This document shows, piece after piece, positions 7,086 to 12,475 of a DNA stretch of 12,475 nt. The stretch comes from a virus (lineage: Duplodnaviria; Heunggongvirae; Uroviricota; Caudoviricetes): the IMG/VR virus record IMGVR_UViG_2923286960_000002; one strand, 5' to 3'. Numbering within the stretch: the stretch's first letter is position 1; each line of letters starts with the position of its first letter. The notes below the pieces were generated by a model that had not been told where the DNA came from, made no database searches, and saw only the letters and a program-made list of their open reading frames with translations. Position numbers and translations under genes: made by a program.

Positions 7086-7161
7086 GCATATGAGGCTTTT
7101 TGGTGCACTGACACACATGATCGGGATAATCATTTCATAATTTGCAACACAACTCAATATC

Positions 7162-7211
7162 ATTGCACAAAATGCAATCATGATTATAATCAGAGCTGGA
7201 TGAACATCCAG
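7162..7211 (+). promoter_or_regulatory. Head-operon promoter with overlapping palindromes
   Basis: -35 TTGCAC (7163-7168), 16 nt spacer, perfect -10 TATAAT (7185-7190); palindrome ATTGCAcaaaaTGCAAT (7162-7178) over the -35 and perfect 16-bp palindrome CTGGATGAACATCCAG (7196-7211) near +1. Confidence 0.5.
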
Positions 7212-7246
7212 TTATGATTTTTTAAGTCGAAGAGGAATTTCTTACT

Positions 7247-7453
7247 ATGGCTGAAGAGAAAAAAGGCGGTGTTTCGGTGTACATAAGCCCCGAAATCGTG
7301 GAGGTGCTCAAGCAGCGCCACAAAAAAAACTATGAGGCTGGCGTGGCGGCTGGACTGGATCCGCTGATGACGCCGGAGCCGTCGATAGGTTCACTTGTAC
7401 GCTCTTATTTACTTGCGGCGCTTGGGATGCATAAAAATTATGGGGGTGAATAA
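7247..7453 (+). CDS. Hypothetical protein (68 aa), first gene of the head operon
   Basis: SD GAGGA upstream; stop overlaps the capsid gene start (TAATG); no recognisable family by eye. Confidence 0.5.
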   Translation: MAEEKKGGVSVYISPEIVEVLKQRHKKNYEAGVAAGLDPLMTPEPSIGSLVRSYLLAALGMHKNYGGE

Positions 7454-8508
7454 TGGCAGGAAAAGCAACGGCACTTAACACTAACCAGCTTTTCATGTAC
7501 CTGAATCGCGGGGATATTGCGGATTTTAAATTCAGCCCTCTGTTTACCACGCTGTTTTTCCCGAACGTGGCGACATTCAGCACGCAAAACATCATGCTGG
7601 ATACCCTGGACATTGAAGAAGTCACCATGTCGGCGTTTTGTTCGCCTATGGTGGGTAGCCAGGTTCAGCGCGATAAAGGGTACGAAACCAGCACGATTAA
7701 ACCTGGCTACATGAAGCCAAAGCACGAAATCGATCCAACGAAAACCATCATGCGCATGGCTGGAGAAGATCCGGCACAGCTTAACGACCCTACCTATCGC
7801 CGTATGCGCCTGATTACTGGCAATATGCGCCGCCAGATAAACGCCATAAAAGCGCGCGTGGAATGGCTGGCGGTAAATGCGGTAACGACCGGAAAAAACA
7901 TCATTGAGGGCGAAGGCATAGAGCGCTATGAAATCGACTGGAAGATCCCAAGTAAAAATATCGCCAGACAGGGACATGGCAAAAAGTGGTCAGAGGCAGA
8001 TAAGGAAACACACGATCCAATCTATGACATTGAGCTATACGCAGATCAGGCAGGTTGCCCCGCAAACGTCATGATTATGGGCGTTGATGTATGGCGCATG
8101 TTACGCAGCTTTAAAAAATTCCGTGAACTGTACGATCTCTCCCGTGGTTCAGAATCCGCCGCAGAGCTGGCATGTAAAAACCTGGGCGAAGTGGTGAGCT
8201 TTAAAGGCTATCTTGGTGATCTGGCCCTTATCGTCTATTCCGGCAAATACACTGACAGCGACGGCACAGAAAAATATTTCCTTGAGCCTGATTTGCTTGT
8301 CCTGGGCAACACCAACAATAAAGGGCTGGTGGCCTATGGTGCGATTATGGATCAGGACGCAGTAAGAACGGGGGCAACGCAAAACATGTACTACCCGAAA
8401 AACTGGATTGAGGACGGAGATCCGGCGATTGAGTACGTGCAGACGCACAGCGCACCGCAGCCGGTTCCGGCAGATATTCGCAAATTTGTTACTGTCAAAA
8501 TTGCTTAA
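7453..8508 (+). CDS. Major capsid protein, lambda gpE family
   Basis: 351 aa; conserved blocks shared with lambda gpE as recalled: FKFSPLF..LFF, PGYMKPKHE, EDPAQLNDPTYRR, WSEADKETHDP, VSFKGYLGD.A.IVYSG.Y, LVLGNT, YPKNW...GDPA, SAP. Confidence 0.92.
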   Translation: MAGKATALNTNQLFMYLNRGDIADFKFSPLFTTLFFPNVATFSTQNIMLDTLDIEEVTMSAFCSPMVGSQVQRDKGYETSTIKPGYMKPKHEIDPTKTIMRMAGEDPAQLNDPTYRRMRLITGNMRRQINAIKARVEWLAVNAVTTGKNIIEGEGIERYEIDWKIPSKNIARQGHGKKWSEADKETHDPIYDIELYADQAGCPANVMIMGVDVWRMLRSFKKFRELYDLSRGSESAAELACKNLGEVVSFKGYLGDLALIVYSGKYTDSDGTEKYFLEPDLLVLGNTNNKGLVAYGAIMDQDAVRTGATQNMYYPKNWIEDGDPAIEYVQTHSAPQPVPADIRKFVTVKIA

Positions 8509-8519
8509 CGGGGGATTCT

Positions 8520-8855
8520 ATGGACACTCCATACATTGAGTTATTTGCAGGCAGTCAGCAGGTCGCCACGACGCTGGTACATTTTGCCGCTGATGCTGGC
8601 GTTATTCAGGAATTTACCCCGCTGATGCTGGCGGACAATGGCGAGTTTAAGCCGTGGGATGGTCAGGAATCTGGCAAGGCTGTTTATCTGACTTCGTATC
8701 CTGTGGACACGTCAAAGCAGAAATCAGCACAGTGTTACAAGACGGGGATATTCAATATTGCCGCCGTTAACTGGCCTGAGAGCGTCGACACCGATGCGAA
8801 AAAATGCGCCGCCTTTGCGGGTTCCGGCGTATCCGTTCAGCCGCTGGCCCGATAA
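8520..8855 (+). CDS. Head decoration protein, lambda gpD-like
   Basis: 111 aa; TPLMLADNGEFKPWDG..., YKTGIFNIAAVNWPESVDTDAKKCAAFAGSGVSV parallels lambda gpD TPLMLDTSSRKLVAWDG..., YKSGTF.YEDVLWPEA..DETKKRTAFAGTAISIV. Confidence 0.85.
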   Translation: MDTPYIELFAGSQQVATTLVHFAADAGVIQEFTPLMLADNGEFKPWDGQESGKAVYLTSYPVDTSKQKSAQCYKTGIFNIAAVNWPESVDTDAKKCAAFAGSGVSVQPLAR

Positions 8856-8867
8856 GCAGGGGGAACG

Positions 8868-9281
8868 ATGGCAACGAATGAAAGCATCATGACGCTACCG
8901 CTGGCGAGTAAATTTAAAGCCGAAGCGCGGGCAATGGCTGACAGAGGTTTATCAACCTATGAGGCCGTATATCAACTAAACAAACTGGAAGAGCAGGACA
9001 AGCCGCGCGCTGATGCGATTATGGCGCTTCATGAGCATAAAGACTATCAGCCGCTGTTACGTGCAATGGCAAACGTGCCATGTATTAGCGTCGATAATGC
9101 TCGTGAAATCCTGAACATGACCATAGAGCAGGAGCGCCCAAAGGTTGCACCAGAGCTTACCGCAGCCTTTGAAAACTTTATGGACATGCACAGCCCGCAA
9201 GCCGTATCAGCTGGCATGGCATACGATGGCAGAAACCAGGGCGATGACGGCGACATCGATCGCATACTGAAAACCATCTGA
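8868..9281 (+). CDS. Hypothetical protein (137 aa), last gene of the head operon
   Basis: Good SD and protein-like composition; position analogous to lambda FI but no similarity recognised by eye. Confidence 0.5.
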   Translation: MATNESIMTLPLASKFKAEARAMADRGLSTYEAVYQLNKLEEQDKPRADAIMALHEHKDYQPLLRAMANVPCISVDNAREILNMTIEQERPKVAPELTAAFENFMDMHSPQAVSAGMAYDGRNQGDDGDIDRILKTI

Positions 9282-9286
9282 GACAA

Positions 9287-9311
9287 GGCCGGAGAAATCC
9301 GGCTTTTTTTT
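9287..9311 (+). terminator. Rho-independent terminator
   Basis: Stem gccgga/tccggc with gaaa loop followed by T8; near-identical to the hairpin at 6847-6869. Confidence 0.6.
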
Positions 9312-9392
9312 ACGGGTCCTTTCCGGCATATGGACCCGTTACGGGGCGGCGACCTCGCGGGTTTTCGCTATTTATGACGTTTTTCCGTGAAG
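9311..9392 (+). other. Lambda-type cos site (cos1): cosQ/cosN plus a short cosB-like segment
   Basis: tacgggtcctttccgg...ccgttacg | GGGCGGCGACCT (9344-9355) CGCGGGTTTTCGCTATTTATGA matches the lambda right-end/left-end junction as recalled, with the 12-nt cohesive end identical; followed by an R3-like cgtttttccgtg. Lies ~90 bp upstream of the Nu1-like gene. Confidence 0.85.
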
Positions 9393-9444
9393 GTGACACC
9401 ACCACCACTTGATTAATATTTAACCATGCAGTTAAGGTAACATT

Positions 9445-9885
9445 ATGATTGATAAAGCTTGTTTTGTAAGTCAGCAGGAAATAGCTGAACATTTCAAGGT
9501 TAACAGAACCACTATTCGCGCATGGACCAAACAGGGGATGCCGTATCTTAATGCGGATCGCGGAAAGTCTGGCGGTTATCACATCGGGCATACATTGCTT
9601 TGGTCTTCAGGTAAAAGCCGTCTTGAGGCCATCAGATATCACGTAGAAACCAGTGTGCTGGAAAAAATTATGTTTGCCAGGCTGCTTTCATCTGAGCGTG
9701 ACGAGTACTCCAGTGAAGAAACAGAACATAGATTTGATGAAGGTTTACAGATTTACGGCTACTCACCGGAAGAAGTGAGCAAAGCGCGAAATAAAATGGC
9801 CGGCTTTCTGGCTGGGTGGCGTCATGCCGTAAGCGTTCGCCGTGCCAGCATGGAACAATCAGTCGTTACAGAACAGCAAAGTTAA
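9445..9885 (+). CDS. Nu1-like HTH protein: small terminase subunit or TerS-mimicking packaging redirector (Rpp-like)
   Basis: 146 aa; N-terminus FVSQQEIAEHFKVNRTTIRAWTKQGMPYL..GKSGGYHIGHTLLW resembles the lambda Nu1 winged-HTH DNA-binding domain (QLADIFGASIRTIQNWQEQGMPVL...); SD AAGGT upstream. Confidence 0.75.
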   Translation: MIDKACFVSQQEIAEHFKVNRTTIRAWTKQGMPYLNADRGKSGGYHIGHTLLWSSGKSRLEAIRYHVETSVLEKIMFARLLSSERDEYSSEETEHRFDEGLQIYGYSPEEVSKARNKMAGFLAGWRHAVSVRRASMEQSVVTEQQS

Positions 9886-9914
9886 AAATCACTTTCTGTT
9901 ACGCCATCAAATAC

Positions 9915-10011
9915 GCAATACAACAACCACGTATTTTTTTAAAACTATTTGATTCAATTAGCATTTTTTTATTTTTAGCATCAAAAAAACACTATCAGGT
10001 TGTTGTATTGC
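9915..10011. repeat. 14-bp perfect inverted repeat flanking a 69-bp AT-rich segment (candidate cosB with TerS R-sites and a bend site)
   Basis: GCAATACAACAACC at 9915-9928 and GGTTGTTGTATTGC at 9998-10011; the intervening sequence is AT-rich with an IHF-like aATCAAatagTTt on the bottom strand. Confidence 0.5.
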
Positions 10012-10079
10012 TCTTTATTTTTACTTAGTTATCAAATGGATATGACAAACAATTAAACAACAACCTCCCTCTAAAAAAG

Positions 10080-10150
10080 CTCATAAATAGCGAAAAACCG
10101 CGAGGTCGCCGCCCCGTAACGGGCCATAATTCCAGGAAGGACCCGACGAC
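10080..10150 (-). other. Second lambda-type cos site (cos2), inverted relative to cos1
   Basis: Reverse complement reads cgggtccttcctgg...ggcccgttacg GGGCGGCGACCT CGCGGTTTTTCGCTATTTATGAG (12-mer at complement of 10103-10114), near-identical to cos1 over ~45 bp. Confidence 0.8.
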
Positions 10151-10178
10151 ACCAGACTATCAGAACGATGGGGGCACA

Positions 10179-10460
10179 ATGACAGAAGCCGAAATACTGC
10201 GATTAATCCGCCGCGTTGCCGGAATCAGCCAGCAGGCCGACGAACAGACCACGCAGCCGGACAGCGTGACCGCCGAAAATTATGTTCGTGTGGTTGCTGA
10301 GATGATTCGCCGTAATGGTATCCAGCTTAATGATGTGGATATGCGCAACATACGGATCCGCGTTCTTGAAATGCTGGCCTACAATCGCCGCGTGGCACTG
10401 TATCGGGAAACGGAGAAAATTACGTACCACTGGAAGAAGCCGGAGCGGTTGCGGCGGTAA
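10179..10460 (+). CDS. Hypothetical protein (93 aa)
   Basis: ATG preceded by GGGGG SD; charged, helical-looking composition; no family recognised by eye. Confidence 0.45.
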   Translation: MTEAEILRLIRRVAGISQQADEQTTQPDSVTAENYVRVVAEMIRRNGIQLNDVDMRNIRIRVLEMLAYNRRVALYRETEKITYHWKKPERLRR

Positions 10461-10628
10461 CTGGTTGATATTTTCGAAATTCGCCAGCGGCGAACATCGG
10501 GGAAACCAGCCTAACCCGTTGATATTTTCGGGAACCTCAAATTGAGGAGGTCGGAAACATAACCCGTCATATTCTGGATGCTGATAATTACCACGCAGCC
10601 CATTAAGGCCTAACCCGTTGATTCTTCC
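10458..10628. repeat. Four direct repeats with TAACCCGTTGAT-like core at ~50-bp spacing
   Basis: taactggttgatattttcg (10458), taacccgttgatattttcg (10512), taacccgtcatattctgg (10560), taacccgttgattcttcc (10611). Confidence 0.55.
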
Positions 10629-10633
10629 ACAAT

Positions 10634-10798
10634 CCCCCATTGGGGGAGGCTGGGCGGCCTGCTGTGGGCTTTTCCACCATTGGTGGAAAGGCGCACATCT
10701 GGATCATCATTACGGTGATCAAGGGTATGTAAAACCCACCAGCCTGATTGACATTTAACCGGAAAAAAGCCAGGTAGCCCCATTATGGGGATCCCCAT
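10634..10798. repeat. Cluster of short GC-rich palindromes
   Basis: CCCCCATTGGGGG (10634-10646), TTCCACCATTGGTGGAA (10672-10688), CCCCATTATGGGG (10778-10790), ATGGGGATCCCCAT (10785-10798). Confidence 0.4.
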
Positions 10799-11014
10799 AT
10801 CGACATTAACGCCCCTCATGAATTGGCGCGCTTCCCCCTGGAAAGATGACCCGCCTGTATATTTCTTGTGTCTATTTGTTCCACGTTGTTTCATACAGTG
10901 CAACGATCGGTGTAGTTAATGGTGTAGTCAATTTGCGATTTTTAGCACTTTTTGCAGTGCGAATCATTTAATTAAATCAATGGCTTGCCTTGATGTAGTG
11001 ATAAAAGGGCATAT

Positions 11015-12475
11015 TTATTCATCTTTCGGCGCAGAATGCTGGCGACCAAAAATCACCTCCATCCGCGCACCGCCCAGCATGCTCTCTCCGGCGACGATTT
11101 TACCCTCATATTGCTCGGTGATTTCGCGGGCTACCGCCAGCCCTACACCTTGCCCAGGGCGTAAAGTATCAACCCGTTGACCACGGTCGAAAATGACCTC
11201 TCGCTTGCTTAATGGAATACCGGGGCCATCATCCTCGACCACAATATAGAGATGCTCGTCGGTTTGCCTTGCAGAAATTTCGACAAACTCGAGGCAATAT
11301 TTACAGGCATTATCCAGCACGTTGCCCATCACCTCGACAAAATCGTTCTGCTCACCGACAAAGCTGATCTCTGGCGAAATATCGAGAGAGATATTGACCC
11401 CTTTGCGTTGATACACTTTGTTCAGCGCTGAGGTGAGATTGTCCAGCAGTGGGGCGACCGGATGCAGCTCGCGGCTGAGCAATGTCCCGCCGCGCATACT
11501 GGCACGATGCAGGTAGTAGCCAATTTGCTGTGAAATGCGGCTGATTTGCTCCAGCATTACCGGCTCAGCATCACTGACGCTCATCTTTTCACTACGCAGA
11601 GAACGCAGCGTACTTTGCAGCACCGCCAGTGGCGTTTTCAGACTATGGGTCAGGTCGGTGAGCGTCGTACGGTATTTGTCGTAACGTTCGCGTTCACTTT
11701 TTAACAATCGGTTCAGGTTTCGTACCAGACTGGTCAGTTCTCGCGTTGTGGCTGGATTGAGCAATTCGCGGTTATGTTCTTCCAGTTCGCGGACTTCTTT
11801 TGCCAGGGCTTCGATGGGGCGTAAACTCCACCAGGCGGCGACCCACAGCAGCGGGATCACTAACAGCAGATTGGCTGAGAGCACATAGATAAACCAGCTC
11901 CAGACCATATAGGAACTTTTTAGCTCCACCGGAATGGTATCCACCACCACAATGGTTAATTTTGGCATCCGCGATGTTGCCGGGTAGACGTTTACTGCCA
12001 CCGAGTGGGTCATCTCCGCGTCGTCATCATCTTCCCGCACTTCCTGCAACTGTTGCTGTATCGAATGATCTCCACTCAGCAAGAGGCTGGTATCGTTAAC
12101 ATCCGCTTCAATTTCATGAAAACCATTCGATTTCAGCCAGTCAGGCTGGATCATCTTCATCAGCCAGGGCACGTCACGTTGCGCCCATAAAAGCTGCCCG
12201 TTCTCATCATAAATTAGCGTCATGGTGGGGCTTTGCTTGTCGATATTTTCGGGTAACTCGACATGCAACTTATTGTTTTCCCACTTCGCAAGGGTATAGA
12301 ACAGATTGCTCTCGCCACGTAACAGCCGAAACGTAGTTTTATCGAAACTGACGCTATAACCGATCAGCGCGACCATTCCGTAGGCAAGCGAAAGCACCAG
12401 TACTACCGCTGCCGTTGCCAACAGAAAACGTACCCGCAGCGAGAGCGGGAAAAAAAGACGCAGTAATTTTTTCAT
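11015..12475 (-). CDS. phoQ: Sensor histidine kinase PhoQ (chromosomal, Escherichia/Shigella-type)
   Basis: 486 aa full-length ORF; N-terminus [33 protein letters not shown], periplasmic acidic patch [12 protein letters not shown]-box [12 protein letters not shown], and G-box/ATP-lid motifs DDGPGIP and GQGVGLAV. Window ends at its ATG. Confidence 0.95.
   Translation of the reverse strand: MKKLLRLFFPLSLRVRFLLATAAVVLVLSLAYGMVALIGYSVSFDKTTFRLLRGESNLFYTLAKWENNKLHVELPENIDKQSPTMTLIYDENGQLLWAQRDVPWLMKMIQPDWLKSNGFHEIEADVNDTSLLLSGDHSIQQQLQEVREDDDDAEMTHSVAVNVYPATSRMPKLTIVVVDTIPVELKSSYMVWSWFIYVLSANLLLVIPLLWVAAWWSLRPIEALAKEVRELEEHNRELLNPATTRELTSLVRNLNRLLKSERERYDKYRTTLTDLTHSLKTPLAVLQSTLRSLRSEKMSVSDAEPVMLEQISRISQQIGYYLHRASMRGGTLLSRELHPVAPLLDNLTSALNKVYQRKGVNISLDISPEISFVGEQNDFVEVMGNVLDNACKYCLEFVEISARQTDEHLYIVVEDDGPGIPLSKREVIFDRGQRVDTLRPGQGVGLAVAREITEQYEGKIVAGESMLGGARMEVIFGRQHSAPKDE

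Larger units (their letters stand above)
1..10950. mobile_element. Integrative phage-satellite-like island (PICI/P4-like); left att outside window, right boundary approximate
   Basis: Contiguous integrase, AlpA, replication, head and cos modules with no tail, lysis, portal or large-terminase genes; ends next to chromosomal phoQ. Confidence 0.7.

Noticed and set aside
7308-8448. ORFs 7308..7628 (-), 7438..7977 (-), 7517..7714 (+) and 8149..8448 (-) overlapping the capsid gene
   Set aside because: The gpE-like frame is strongly supported by homology; these are off-frame or antisense artefacts.
9047-9591. Minus-strand ORFs 9047..9286 and 9310..9591
   Set aside because: The first is antisense to the 137-aa gene; the second runs through cos1 and the start of the Nu1-like gene, with no start signals.
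9816-10028. GTG-initiated ORF 9816..10028 (+) running from the Nu1-like gene into the AT-rich region
   Set aside because: Begins out of frame inside the Nu1-like gene and continues through AT-rich, repeat-containing DNA better explained as a cosB/bend region; Phe/Ile/Leu-rich low-complexity translation.
10203-10903. ORFs 10203..10640 (-), 10315..10545 (+) and 10610..10903 (-)
   Set aside because: Overlap the 93-aa gene or the direct-repeat and palindrome region; Gly/Pro/Cys-rich translations without start signals.
10980-12190. ORFs 10980..11180 (+) and 12005..12190 (+)
   Set aside because: Antisense to the full-length phoQ gene.
10520-12262. 12-bp identity gatattttcggg between a direct repeat (10520-10531) and the interior of phoQ (about 12243-12254) as a possible att duplication
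   Set aside because: A single 12-mer match is expected by chance in a 12.5-kb window, and the phoQ copy lies mid-gene in an intact ORF.
1-12475. CRISPR array, tRNA/tmRNA gene or IS element
   Set aside because: No regularly spaced identical repeats with unique spacers, no cloverleaf-like region recognised by eye, and no transposase ORF with terminal inverted repeats.

Overview
The window holds an ~11 kb integrative, phage-satellite-like island (PICI/P4-like) ending just downstream of a chromosomal phoQ gene (11015..12475, minus strand). All calls are by-eye reading of the six-frame track and the DNA; no database search was run. Modules, left to right: P4-type tyrosine integrase (1..1230) and an AlpA-family regulator (1596..1784); a Bro-N-like ORF whose 3' two-thirds is doubtful, overlapping a minus-strand ribbon-helix-helix gene (2544..2723, 59 aa, absent from the ORF track) with three palindromic operators and back-to-back promoters (2753..2826); a coupled operon of small genes ending in an SF3-helicase replication protein (4112..5866); an iteron origin (5881..6104); an SSB-like gene interrupted by one in-frame TGA (6409..6831); a head operon encoding lambda gpE-like and gpD-like proteins (7453..8855); and a Nu1-like small-terminase/HTH gene (9445..9885) flanked by two inverted lambda-type cos sites (9311..9392 and 10080..10150), with a third degenerate cos-like copy at 6869..6917. 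No portal, prohead protease, large terminase, tail or lysis genes, and no tRNA or CRISPR array, are present. The most interesting candidate system is the partial capsid/packaging module with its multi-cos architecture. The left attachment site lies outside the window and the right boundary is unresolved.
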